64,000 nucleotides of DNA from an uncultured Pseudomonadales bacterium (lineage in GTDB: Bacteria > Patescibacteriota > Microgenomatia > UBA1400 > Chazhemtobacteraceae), in NCBI GenBank assembly GCA_964422035.1, contig CAYQZQ010000001.1, positions 377,013 through 441,012 on the forward strand, given 5' to 3'. This document shows, one piece after another, positions 26,857-37,330 of the stretch. Under the pieces are notes generated by a model. That model searched no databases, was not told the origin of the DNA, and was given only the letters and a program-made list of their open reading frames with translations. Position numbers and translations under genes: made by a program. The first letter of the stretch is position 1, and every line of letters begins with the position of its first letter.

Positions 26857-27778
26857 GTTGGTGGTAGTTGAATTGTAAGAGAGGTAAGTGAGGGATAATG
26901 TGTTTTGAAAAAAAGTCTGGGGGCATGAAAGAGAAAAGGATAAAAAGGTAAGGCCAGAAAGTAACAGGTTTGGTCTTAATAAATTGAAAGAATTTGTAGC
27001 GGGCTTTAGTGGGGTGATTTTGGTACAGATGGAGGCGAGCTTGATGATAAAGTAGTTCTCGGCGTAGAAGTGGAGCGGGAGATTGTTTAATGGCTTTTTT
27101 TAGGTACTTGATTTTAACCAGGGCTTGGTCTTGGAAGTGTTTTTGTAGAGGTCTGGTTTTTTTATTATCGAGATGAAGATTATAGATAGATAAAGGTTGG
27201 TTTAGGTAATCAAATTGATATTTGGAGGCAAGGCGATAGTTGAAGTCGGCGTCTTCGCTGGAAAGGTTGGTATGGTAAGATAATGGTTTTTTAAGTTGTT
27301 TTGTTTTGATCATTAAGGATCCGCTGTGGATAGTGAAGAAGTTGGCGGTGAGTAGATCGGGGAAGTTAGTGGGGGCAGGTTTGGTAATACCTAGAGTGAG
27401 TTGGTTGTTTTTCTTAAAGTAGAAGTTATGATAGCTGAAGGCCAAGCGGGGGTTGACTTGCATGAAGTCTAGTTGAGTTTGTACTTTGTGGGGGAGGTAT
27501 TGATCATCATCATCGCAGAAGCAGATGTAGTCTCCAGTGGCGTGTAATAGACCGGTGTTGCGGGCGTGGGCGGAGTTTTGCTTAGTCTCTTGGTAGAGTT
27601 TAATTTGTTTGCTTTTGACGTCTGAGATGATTTTTTTTAGAGGTTGTTGAGGGAAGTTATTGACAACAATTATTTCTAGATTGGGGTATGTTTGATTGGT
27701 GAGACTTTTAAGACAGCGCTTTAACAGATTGGGGCGTTGATAGGTAGGAACTATGATGCTTACTAGAGGGTTTTTCAT
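26834..27778 (-). CDS. family 2 glycosyltransferase
   Basis: 'LVSIIVPTYQRPNLLKRCLKSLTNQTYPNLEIIVVNN' and 'FCDDDD'. Confidence 0.85.
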   Translation of the reverse strand: MKNPLVSIIVPTYQRPNLLKRCLKSLTNQTYPNLEIIVVNNFPQQPLKKIISDVKSKQIKLYQETKQNSAHARNTGLLHATGDYICFCDDDDQYLPHKVQTQLDFMQVNPRLAFSYHNFYFKKNNQLTLGITKPAPTNFPDLLTANFFTIHSGSLMIKTKQLKKPLSYHTNLSSEDADFNYRLASKYQFDYLNQPLSIYNLHLDNKKTRPLQKHFQDQALVKIKYLKKAIKQSPAPLLRRELLYHQARLHLYQNHPTKARYKFFQFIKTKPVTFWPYLFILFSFMPPDFFSKHIIPHLPLLQFNYHQLKQKLPF

Positions 27779-28269
27779 AAAGTTATTTGTTGAAGGTAGT
27801 TAATTAGTTTTGAGGGGGTCTGTTTTTTTGAGGCAAAACTGTTGGGCTTTAAGGGTTGAGTTAGGGATTTTTTGAGTTGACTACGAGTATAGGCAATTTG
27901 GGCAAGCTGTTTTTTTTCTAAATGACGGCAGATTTTTAGTTGTTGGTTGTCGATGTGTTCAGAGTGTTCTCTAAGGCGGGGCATAAAAATGGGTTTGTTC
28001 TGGGCGTATTTTAGAATCAATAAAACGCTGCCTTCACCGGAGGCAGAAACGATCAGATTTGCTTGTTTGTAAAGTTTAATCATTTTATTGAAGCTGATAA
28101 ACTTGTGTACTTTGATATTGGGAGACAGGTTGTTGGGTAAGGTAGAGGGGTAAGGAGTTTGGACAATCAGGGTTTGAGAAGGGTGTTGGGTGAAATAGTT
28201 AATGGTGGGATGAGTAAGGCGTGGGAAAGGGAATGGTATGGTACCGGTGGTAAGAAGATTTATAGACAT
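27775..28269 (-). CDS. Alg13-like glycosyltransferase subunit (Glyco_tran_28_C; PssE/EpsF/Cps14G-type)
   Basis: 'LLTTGTIPFPF' (compare 'VTVGTT.F') N-terminus and 'IVSASGEGSVL' core. It is adjacent to the Alg14-like partner. Confidence 0.6.
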   Translation of the reverse strand: MSINLLTTGTIPFPFPRLTHPTINYFTQHPSQTLIVQTPYPSTLPNNLSPNIKVHKFISFNKMIKLYKQANLIVSASGEGSVLLILKYAQNKPIFMPRLREHSEHIDNQQLKICRHLEKKQLAQIAYTRSQLKKSLTQPLKPNSFASKKQTPSKLINYLQQITL

Positions 28270-28718
28270 GTGCCTTTATATTTGGCTTTTGGGTAATGGT
28301 TTTTAAGTTTTTCGTTTTGGATAAGAAAGTGGTCAGCTAGAGGGTAGATAAGTTTGCCGGATAGAGTGGGCTTATTAATGAAGATAAAAGTTTCCATAAA
28401 GATCAGTTTTATACCTAAAAGTTTACCAATAAAGAAAAAGGGTGGTGCAATACCAGCTCCGGTGGAAAAAATAATATCTGGCTTTTCTTTATTGAGAACT
28501 TTAAAAGCGAGTATGAGGTTTTTCAAAAAATTTAAAAGGTGGCGATTGACAGGAAAGTGACCGTAATATACTTTTTCGTTGTTGATTATTTCCAGCTTTT
28601 TGACTTTCGGGTCTGTAACCCAAAAATGAGAGTATTTGCTCCACCAGGGTTTTAGTTGCAGAGTTTTGACTAGATGACCACCAGAAGAAGTAATGAGAGC
28701 GATTTTTGGTTTTGACAT
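28260..28718 (-). CDS. Alg14-like glycosyltransferase membrane-anchoring subunit (PssD/EpsE/Cps14F-type)
   Basis: 'KIALITSSGGH' and 'DIIFSTGAGIAPPFFFIGKLLGIKLIFMETF' match the Alg14 family. It overlaps the partner gene by 10 nt. Confidence 0.65.
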   Translation of the reverse strand: MSKPKIALITSSGGHLVKTLQLKPWWSKYSHFWVTDPKVKKLEIINNEKVYYGHFPVNRHLLNFLKNLILAFKVLNKEKPDIIFSTGAGIAPPFFFIGKLLGIKLIFMETFIFINKPTLSGKLIYPLADHFLIQNEKLKNHYPKAKYKGTCL

Positions 28719-28757
28719 ATCTTACATTATAACGAGAGTAGGTGATAAACTGGAGGT

Positions 28758-29414
28758 ATGAAGAAATGGTATTTGAAGTTACTGCTAGTGATTACAGTAA
28801 TAGGATTAGCGGAGTTGGGGTATACAATTTATAACCGACCGGAGTTGATGCTGAAACCGTATTTAAGGAGAGTTGAAAAGATTAAGACATCCAGTGAGAT
28901 AGAGGAGAATTTGGAATATATGGACTATGTGACTGAGATTCGACTAAGTGAGATTGATGAGAATTATCGTAAAAATGGTGAGGATATTAAGTGGAGACGG
29001 TTGCAAAAAGAGATAAATTTAGAAGATGATACAGTAAGTTCTGAAATTCAAGAGTTGTTAAAAACGGTTGATTTAGAGCAAATTGATGATGGGCAATGGT
29101 TGGTTTATTTGTATTACCAAGTAGGATTATTGGGAGCAAAGAGAAATAATTCAAATTTGGTGGAGTATGGGTGGGGAAGAGCGCTTAGGTTGGCTCCTGA
29201 ATGGTCGTATTTCTATACTGAACTGGCCAACTATTATTTAGTTAACGGGGAAAAGGCAAAGGCTTTTGAGGTGCTGGAGTATTGTGGTGAAAACAGCCAT
29301 GCAAAAGTAGCTTGTGAGGAGTATTTTGAGGATCAATTTGAGAGTTTGCGGCCATTGCAGATTGGACATTGGCGTCAGTCAGTTGAGGATAATTATTTAG
29401 ATAATATGGAGTAG
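28758..29414 (+). CDS. hypothetical protein with N-terminal TM anchor and helical (TPR-like) C-terminal region
   Basis: N-terminal TM segment 'LKLLLVITVIGLAELGY'. No catalytic motif. It lies upstream of the second Wzy_C-like gene. Confidence 0.45.
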   Translation: MKKWYLKLLLVITVIGLAELGYTIYNRPELMLKPYLRRVEKIKTSSEIEENLEYMDYVTEIRLSEIDENYRKNGEDIKWRRLQKEINLEDDTVSSEIQELLKTVDLEQIDDGQWLVYLYYQVGLLGAKRNNSNLVEYGWGRALRLAPEWSYFYTELANYYLVNGEKAKAFEVLEYCGENSHAKVACEEYFEDQFESLRPLQIGHWRQSVEDNYLDNME

Positions 29415-29420
29415 TAGATT

Positions 29421-30521
29421 ATGTGGCGAAGACTTTTATTTTACTGTCTGATAGGGGGGTTGTTATTAGTGGGAGGGACGGGAAAGTATGTATTTGAGGT
29501 AAGTTTTGCAAGTTTTTTTTTGTTGGCATTGGCGTTAGCTGGATATTTGATAGTTGAGAAGGAAATAGAATTACCTCAGGGGTTTTGGTGGTATGTGGCT
29601 TTTTTGGTAATACAAGTGGTTAGTTTGTTTTGGACGTTGGATGTCAGGCTTTCGTATGAGTATTTGGTGATGTATATATCTGGTGGGATGTTTTGGGTTT
29701 TGGCATATAATTGGAGTGAGTTGATTGAGGGTTGGCTGGGTGATTTAGTGTTAAGTTTGGGAATGGTTTTTGGAGGGTTGTTTGGATGGGTGAAGCTGAA
29801 AAATATTCGAGTGATTAGGGGTTGGAGTTTGTATTTTTATAATAGTAAATTCTTTAATAATAACCATATTGGTAATTGGTGGGCTGTGGTGGTGGTAATC
29901 TTGTTAATTTGGTGGATGAGGAAGAAAAAGTGGTGGCAAGTGGTTCTGGGAGTAGTAGGAATGGGAATTATAATTATGTCACAGTCGCGGGCGGCTTTGG
30001 TAGCTATAGTGGGTGGGTTATGGTATTTATATGAAAAAAGAAAAATCAAGACAAGAAAATGGATGGAGTGGTCGGCAGGAGTGTTGTTATTGGCAGGATT
30101 TGTATTTATAGGGTTTGATAAAAGTACTTTGTTGTCTCGACAATATTTTGTACAGGCTTTGGCTGGCTTGTGGCACAATCCTTTAGGTGTGGGAGTGGGT
30201 AATTTTAGGCATATCTCTGGTGATTCGGCCATGCACTGGCTGGGGTTAAGTGATTTTGCAATAGTGGTGTTTAATGTGGTTTTAGAGATGATGGTTAGTT
30301 TGGGCTGGTTAGGGTTAGTGTTTGTGTGGTGGTTGGTGAAGAGAGTTGAGGAGGTGTGGAAAATGGAAGGGGAAAGGGGTTTAGTGGAGAGAACGGTGTT
30401 TTTAGTGTTGACGGTTAATTTTATGTTCGCGGCTACTTACTTTCAGCCCAGTATGTTTTGGTTGTGGATGTTGAGCTTGGGGGTGAGTCAGGGAGTAATA
30501 GAGTTGAGAGGAGGAGAATAA
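29421..30521 (+). CDS. divergent Wzy_C/O-antigen-ligase-like polytopic membrane protein (second copy)
   Basis: 'MSQSRAALVAIVGGLWYL' and 'SRQYFVQALAGLWHNPLGVGVGNFRHI' match the Wzy_C core. The conserved 'HN' motif seen in 23440..24882 is not evident here. Confidence 0.55.
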   Translation: MWRRLLFYCLIGGLLLVGGTGKYVFEVSFASFFLLALALAGYLIVEKEIELPQGFWWYVAFLVIQVVSLFWTLDVRLSYEYLVMYISGGMFWVLAYNWSELIEGWLGDLVLSLGMVFGGLFGWVKLKNIRVIRGWSLYFYNSKFFNNNHIGNWWAVVVVILLIWWMRKKKWWQVVLGVVGMGIIIMSQSRAALVAIVGGLWYLYEKRKIKTRKWMEWSAGVLLLAGFVFIGFDKSTLLSRQYFVQALAGLWHNPLGVGVGNFRHISGDSAMHWLGLSDFAIVVFNVVLEMMVSLGWLGLVFVWWLVKRVEEVWKMEGERGLVERTVFLVLTVNFMFAATYFQPSMFWLWMLSLGVSQGVIELRGGE

Positions 30522-30579
30522 CGGAAACCGAAGCAGGTGTGAGAATAAAAAAACGGTGATGTGAAATTAAGAGCGGGAC

Positions 30580-31643
<1,064 letters not shown>

Positions 31644-31890
31644 AACAGAAAATATTTTAGCATGAGTAAGCTAAAAACCCCACCAGAAAGGTGGGGTAAT
31701 AGAATACTATCATCTGAGAAGCGGCAAGAACTTGAGTATGCAACGATTGATTTGTTTAGCAACTAACCAATAAAAGTTGGGTGTGTATTCCCATAAATGG
31801 GCGAGCTCGTGAAAACTCCTTTTTCAACACTCCTTAGAAAGGAGGTGATCCAGGCGCTCCTTCCAGAACGCCTACCTTGTTCAAGTAGTT

Positions 31891-32593
31891 CCCAGTATTA
31901 CTACGGGCATGGACTATCTCTTCAACCTTTTTAATGCCTTTATCTTTTCTGGATGTGATGATCCGATTATTCTACAAAAATCCATGTGGGATCTTGTAGA
32001 AATGTAGAATCTCCAGTAATTAGGATCTGCTTTCTTGCTAGGATTGTGAATCTTACCGCAAGAAATATTCAACTTAAACAAGTAATCCCTTACTTGTTTT
32101 AAGTCATTCAGATCTTTCTGAGCAAAATAGATATAAAATCTAACTTTGCTACTTTTAGCTATTCCTCCATCAGCGTCAAAATAACCACGAATATAGTTGA
32201 TTCTATCTTTCCTGTTGGATAATTTATAATCCTTGAGCAAAGATTTAGAGAATTCAACTATGTATACTGAACGGTTTTTTCCTTCTTTATAGATCCAGGC
32301 CTTAACGCCTAGTTTTCTAATTTCAGAAGCAATAAACTCTACAAAATCTCTCGATTTTTGAGAAATTCTGTAAGTTAGTTTTCGTTCAGTGGCATCGTGT
32401 AAGACGCCGAGAAGATAAGCTTTAGACATCCACTTTAGGTGCTCGCGTATAGTCTCTACGGAGTCCCTTTTTAATTGTTAAAAAGGGTTCCCTCGCGGTT
32501 GCCCTTGATTTCAGTAAACCCGAAAGTTAACCGAAAGTCAATAGGGTTTCCCCGATACAGCGAGATTTTACTTGGAAATTACTTTCCAAGGTC
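31891..32593 (-). mobile_element. intron (probably group I) in 16S near E. coli position ~1500-1506, encoding a LAGLIDADG homing endonuclease
   Basis: 16S exon sequence '...AAGTCGTAA' ends at ~32594 (minus-strand sense) and resumes 'CAAGGTAGGCG...GGATCACCTCCTTTCT' at ~31890. The ~700 nt between contain ORF 31914..32429. Boundaries are approximate. Confidence 0.7.
31914..32429 (-). CDS. LAGLIDADG homing endonuclease (two-motif, monomeric type) encoded in the 16S intron
   Basis: First degenerate motif 'YLLGVLHDATE' and second motif 'IRGYFDADGGI'. The 171-aa ORF lies wholly inside the rRNA insertion. Confidence 0.75.
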   Translation of the reverse strand: MSKAYLLGVLHDATERKLTYRISQKSRDFVEFIASEIRKLGVKAWIYKEGKNRSVYIVEFSKSLLKDYKLSNRKDRINYIRGYFDADGGIAKSSKVRFYIYFAQKDLNDLKQVRDYLFKLNISCGKIHNPSKKADPNYWRFYISTRSHMDFCRIIGSSHPEKIKALKRLKR

Positions 32594-33002
32594 GCAACAA
32601 ATTTACGACTTAGCCCCCATCGCCAACCTTGCCTTAAGCGGCCCCGTAAGGGGTACCGACTTCGGGCACTGCTGACTTTGTTGACTTGACGGGCAGTGTG
32701 GACAAGAAACGAGAACGTATTCACCGCAGTATAGCTGACCTGCGATTACTACCGACTCCCCTTCATGTGGGCGAATTGCAGCCCACAATCCGAACTGAGG
32801 AAGGTTTTAAAGGATTAGCTCAAGATTACTCTGTCGCAACCCGTTGTACCTCCCATTACACCATGTGTGTGGCCCTAGACATAAGCGCCATGCTGATTTG
32901 ACGTCGTCCCCTCCTTCCTCCCTGATTGTACCAGGGCAGTTCCGCATGAATATTTAACATACGGTAGGGGTTGCGTTCGTTACCGCACTTAAGCGGACGC
33001 CT

Positions 33003-33258
33003 CCAAAATGTTTGAACATTACTCCAAACGTAGACTATACCTTCATCCTTTTATGTTAAAAGGAGCTGGCGTGTTATTCACATCAATAATTTGCCAAAAA
33101 GGCAGAATGTGAATCTTCATCTTGAAAATCAAGAATCTAGTCGTTACAGGGTCAATCAAGTAGAACTTGACGACTTCCCTCGGGGTTACCCTTTTTACAG
33201 GGGTTCTCCGATATGAGCCAGATTTGTCATCACCGTTACCGGTGAAGGTCGCGAAGCG
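33003..33258 (-). other. ORF-less ~255-nt insertion in 16S (E. coli ~1070-1090 region): either a third intron or an expansion segment
   Basis: Conserved 16S blocks '...GGGGTTGCGTTCGTTACCGCACTTAAGCGGACGCCTCC' and 'ATTCACGACACGAACTGACGACAACCATGCAG' are contiguous in other 16S genes. Here they are separated by an AT-rich segment with no credible ORF. Confidence 0.5.
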
Positions 33259-33412
33259 TAATTCACGACACGAACTGACGACAACCATGCAGCAGCTGTG
33301 CACCACCCTCGAAGGCGACTCCCTTTCAGGAGCTTGCAGGTGCATGTCAAATCTAGGTAAGGTTCTTCGGTTTGTATCGAATTAAACCACATGGAACGCC
33401 GGTTGTACGTTT

Positions 33413-33444
<32 letters not shown>

Positions 33445-33982
33445 ACCGTACTCCCCAGGCGGAACACTTAACGCGTTAGCTTGCGCCAGCCAGAAATAAA
33501 AATTTCCAGCCAGCTAGTGTTCATCGTTTACGGCTAGGACTACCTGGGTCTCTAATCCAGTTTGCTACCCTAGCTTTCGTTCATTAGCGTCAGTATGGTT
33601 CTAGATGTCTGCCTTCGCTCTTGGCGTTCCTCTCGATATCAACGGGTTTCACTCCTCCACCGAGAATTCCAACATCCCCGAACCTACTCTAGTCAAACAG
33701 TTTGGCGAGCTTTTCCCTAGTTGAGCCAGGGGATTTAACCCGTCACTTATTTAACCGCCTACGAACCCTTTACGCCCAGTAAATCCGGATAACGCTTGCA
33801 CCCTACGTATTACCGATGCTTCTGGCACGTAGTTAGCAGGTGCTTTCTAGAGAGGTACCGTCAGAACTTCTTCCCCCTCCACAGTGGTTTACAACCCGAA
33901 GGCTGTCATCCCACACGCGGCGTCGCTGCGTCAGACTTTCGTCCATTGCGCAATATTCCCAGTTGCTGCCACCCGTAGGTGT

Positions 33983-34734
33983 AGAACCCGTCATGTAATT
34001 CCCTCTGTTTCCAGGGGCATGGACTATATCTTCAGTCCTCAATTAGATTGAGGAGGTCAGCGTGTGATGAGCCGAAAAATCGAACTCATCTCACCTACTA
34101 TAAATAGTAGGATCAGTCTCTACGGGGTTATAGATAATCGTTGTTTAACCTCTTGGGCAATGTCATTGATGTACTCTAGTTTTGGTTTTCTTGAGTTAGC
34201 CAAACGCATTTGTTTGGCTATATCAAGAGCTGCCAGAAAAGAATTAAAATCAGTGTGCCTATCATGAGAATTAATAATTTCAAGAGCCCAAAGAGCTCTT
34301 TGTTTTTTAATTTTTAGATAGGGTAATAATTGAGGCAAGATCTGCCTAACTTTTCTGGAGCCACCCATCTCCCACTCAACCTGATTATGGTTGGCGTAGT
34401 GATGAAGATAACCAGTCTGAAGAGTTTCTTTTACCCAGTTTAAAACGTCAGCATCTTGCGGTCTTTGGGTGATACTCACCTTTATGTTGATAATCCAGAG
34501 AAAAACTCTGCGTTCATCTTTCAAAAAGGCTGGCCTAATACTGCCATCACCATCGATAAGACCAGCTAGATAAGCTGCGTCTGATTGGTTAATAACGACT
34601 TCCGAACTTCCCACGGTATTGCCATACAAAAAAATAATATATCCTCAGTAAACCCGAAAGTTTACCGAAAGTCAATGATTTTGTTTAGGTTTCACCGTTA
34701 TTAGCTGAATTTGTCTGCACAGTTACCTGTGCAG
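33983..34734 (-). mobile_element. intron (probably group I) in 16S near E. coli position ~337-340, encoding a LAGLIDADG homing endonuclease
   Basis: Upstream exon ends '...TGAGATCAACACGGGTC' (~34735). Downstream exon begins 'ACACCTACGGGTGGCAGCAACTGGGAATATTGCGCAATGG' (33982 downward). The ~750 nt between contain ORF 34120..34629. Boundaries are approximate. Confidence 0.7.
34120..34629 (-). CDS. LAGLIDADG homing endonuclease (single-motif, I-CreI-like homodimeric type) encoded in the 16S intron
   Basis: 'AAYLAGLIDGDGSI' canonical LAGLIDADG motif. The 169-aa ORF lies inside the rRNA insertion. Confidence 0.8.
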   Translation of the reverse strand: MYGNTVGSSEVVINQSDAAYLAGLIDGDGSIRPAFLKDERRVFLWIINIKVSITQRPQDADVLNWVKETLQTGYLHHYANHNQVEWEMGGSRKVRQILPQLLPYLKIKKQRALWALEIINSHDRHTDFNSFLAALDIAKQMRLANSRKPKLEYINDIAQEVKQRLSITP

Positions 34735-35004
34735 GAGACCCGTGTTGATCTCAGTGTTCTTGTGGGGGGTCGTGCTCTCACACCCCCTACCCGTCATAGC
34801 CTTGGTAAGCCATTACCTTACCAACTAGCTGATAGGAAGCAGGCTCCTCCATCGGCGAACAGTTACGTTCTTTTATCTTGCGATGTTATGCGGTATTAAC
34901 CAATCTTTCGACTGGTTATTCCCCACCAAAGGGTAGATTCCTACTCGTTACTCACCCGTCTGCCACTAAAGCTCCGAAGAGCTTTCGTTTGACTTGCATG
35001 CTTA

Positions 35005-35047
<43 letters not shown>

Positions 35048-35216
35048 ATAAAAGAATTTGAATCCATAAACTAATAAATTAGTTTAGGCTTAGATTCGAA
35101 TTGACGTTACATACCCTTCCTGCCACTTCTCAAATGACAGAAGGATAATTTGTTAAGGTGCCATACAGTGTCTTATGAAAACTGCTTATACATTGTACCG
35201 TTTTTGTGAATATCTA

Positions 35217-36200
35217 TCAAGCCTTATGATACTTCTTGTGCCATGCCCAGGCGGACTGGATTATAGTCTCAAGATCTGAGTGCTTGGGTTGCCAACCAAG
35301 GTGCTCTTTGATTTTTGAAGAATCGGCTACAAGAGTGTCGGCATCACCGGGGCGGCGATCTTGATAGCTGTATGTGTTATCAGTACCGGTGACTTTGATA
35401 ATGGTTTCGGCTATTTGTTTATTGGAGTATCCATGCCCAGTACCAACATTGTATGCGGTGTTGATGTCATCTTTTTGATTATTTTCCAGGGCTTTTAGGG
35501 CCTTGATGTGAGCAGAAGCTAAATCTAGAACATGAATGTAGTCACGTACACAGGTGCCATCATCTGTGTTGTAGTTATCTCCGAAGATGTAGAAGTCTTT
35601 GTTTTCTAAGATACGTTGGATAAAGATAGGAATAATATGAGACTCTGGTTGGTGGTCTTCTCCTAGAGACCCGTCAAGCTTGGCCCCGGCAGCATTGAAG
35701 TATCGCAGGGTGACGTAGTCTAGATTGTGAGCTGTATTAAACCAGTGAAGCATGTGTTCTATTTCAAGTTTGGTTTGACCATATGGATTTTCAGGTCTTT
35801 TGTCTGCATCTTCAGGAATAGGTAGTGAGTCAGGTTGCCCATAGACACCGGCGGTGGAGGAGAAAACAATCTTGTCAACCTTAGCATCTACCATGGCTTC
35901 AAGAAGATTTAAAGTACCAACAACGTTGTTGCGGTAGTACTTGCCAGGGTCTTCATACGACTCGCCCATCTGGATGTAAGCGGCAAACTGCATGACAGCG
36001 TCTGGTTTTTCTTGCTGAAGAGCTTTTCGAATTTGGTCTTTTTCAAGTAGGTCACCTTTTATTAGTTTTGTATCTTGGATGGCCCATTGGTGGCCCTTTT
36101 CCATGGAGTCAAAGACAACTGTTTGATGACCGGCTTTTTTAAGTTGTTGATTGGTTATTGAGCCAATATAACCGGCTCCACCGACTACTAAGATTTTCAT
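35217..36200 (-). CDS. galE: UDP-glucose 4-epimerase
   Basis: 'MKILVVGGAGYIGS' Rossmann motif. 'YxxxK' 'PYGQTKLEIE'. Extended SDR epimerase architecture, 327 aa. Confidence 0.88.
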   Translation of the reverse strand: MKILVVGGAGYIGSITNQQLKKAGHQTVVFDSMEKGHQWAIQDTKLIKGDLLEKDQIRKALQQEKPDAVMQFAAYIQMGESYEDPGKYYRNNVVGTLNLLEAMVDAKVDKIVFSSTAGVYGQPDSLPIPEDADKRPENPYGQTKLEIEHMLHWFNTAHNLDYVTLRYFNAAGAKLDGSLGEDHQPESHIIPIFIQRILENKDFYIFGDNYNTDDGTCVRDYIHVLDLASAHIKALKALENNQKDDINTAYNVGTGHGYSNKQIAETIIKVTGTDNTYSYQDRRPGDADTLVADSSKIKEHLGWQPKHSDLETIIQSAWAWHKKYHKA

Positions 36201-36216
36201 TTTTAAGTTTTTAAAT

Positions 36217-36543
36217 TTATAATTTTTTTGATTTAGTTATGTTAGGTTCTTTATCGTATATAGGTATAACAGGCGGTTGTTGATCATTTATGGGAATCTT
36301 TAGGGCAAAAGCCAAGGCATTGGCGACAGCCACACCAACACGGGTGCCGGTAAAAGAGCCGGGGCCAGGGTTGACCTGGATACTAGTAAGATCCTCTTTT
36401 TTGGCTCCTACTTTTGTAAGAGCTTCATCGATGACTGACAGAATCTGTTGATCTCTGGGAGTTGAGTAGTTTTTAACAAACTCTTTGTCATCAATTTTTA
36501 CTATTGTCTTGGTGTTGTCTGTGGTGTCTAGATATAGTTTCAT
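36217..36543 (-). CDS. tsaB: tRNA t6A37 biosynthesis protein TsaB, short single-domain form
   Basis: 'LYLDTTDN' (compare 'LALDTST') and 'VNPGPGSFTGTRVGVAVANALAFAL' match the TsaB/YeaZ N-terminal domain. Only 108 aa long. It overlaps tsaE by 4 nt. Confidence 0.7.
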   Translation of the reverse strand: MKLYLDTTDNTKTIVKIDDKEFVKNYSTPRDQQILSVIDEALTKVGAKKEDLTSIQVNPGPGSFTGTRVGVAVANALAFALKIPINDQQPPVIPIYDKEPNITKSKKL

Positions 36544-36962
36544 TTTTCAATTGAGATTAGTCGTGTATTTTGATCTTTAACTGCAAAGTTTAATCTTAGA
36601 TGATTTTTTGGTAACTGACCCTCAATTTTATCAGCCCACTCGATTAATACCAGATTTGACTTGTCTTGCCAGATCTCTTGGATGCCCAGGTCAAGGATTT
36701 GTTGAGTGGAGTTTAGACGGTATAGATCAATGTGATAGAGGGTTTTAAAGCGGGAGTGATCTATGGAGTACTGACGAATCAGAGTATAGGTGGGAGAGAG
36801 CATACTATCTATATTAAGCAACTGCCCTACTCCTTGAGCGAAGACGGTTTTACCGGACCCTAAGGGGCCCACAAGGGCTACCAGATTGGTGGATAGTGAT
36901 GTGAGTATGTCCTCTGCCAGATCCTTGGTTTCTTGAGGTGAGTGAGTGGTTATTTTATCCAT
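36540..36962 (-). CDS. tsaE: tRNA t6A37 biosynthesis ATPase TsaE
   Basis: P-loop 'LVGPLGSGKTVFAQG', 'SPTYTLIRQY' and 'YHIDLYRL' are TsaE/YjeE hallmarks. Confidence 0.85.
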   Translation of the reverse strand: MDKITTHSPQETKDLAEDILTSLSTNLVALVGPLGSGKTVFAQGVGQLLNIDSMLSPTYTLIRQYSIDHSRFKTLYHIDLYRLNSTQQILDLGIQEIWQDKSNLVLIEWADKIEGQLPKNHLRLNFAVKDQNTRLISIEK

Positions 36963-37318
36963 TTTAGAAGTTTATGATTTTTACGTAGAAAAATCCAAGC
37001 CAGTATTAAACCAGTGATATCAAAAAGCAGTACATCACGAAGGCTACCCCCTCTGCCGGGAGTAAATAACTGGTGGGTTTCATCAGTGAAAGCGTATAAA
37101 GCACCTATTAAAAAAGCTTTTTTGTGTTTGTCTTTCTTTTGTAAAGCGCGGGACAGTAAAACAAATAAAGTTGCATACTCAAATACATGGGCGGTTTTTT
37201 TAACAACAAAGTCTATGGGGTCGATGCTACTGGCTTGAATAATAGGTAGTGAAGATAGATAAAAGATGACTGCCATCCATAAAAAAACTGGGACCCAGCG
37301 CTTGAGAAATTTTGCCAT
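36950..37318 (-). CDS. VanZ-like family membrane protein
   Basis: Four TM segments. 'TDETHQLFTPGRGGSLRDVLLFDITG' matches the VanZ core. Confidence 0.65.
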   Translation of the reverse strand: MAKFLKRWVPVFLWMAVIFYLSSLPIIQASSIDPIDFVVKKTAHVFEYATLFVLLSRALQKKDKHKKAFLIGALYAFTDETHQLFTPGRGGSLRDVLLFDITGLILAWIFLRKNHKLLKWIK

Positions 37319-37330
37319 AGGCTGATTTTA

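Noticed and set aside
33796-34899. ORFs 33796..33978, 33833..34042, 34064..34267 and 34711..34899
   Set aside because: They overlap 16S exons or the intron RNA outside the LAGLIDADG ORF. Only 34120..34629 has a protein-family signature.
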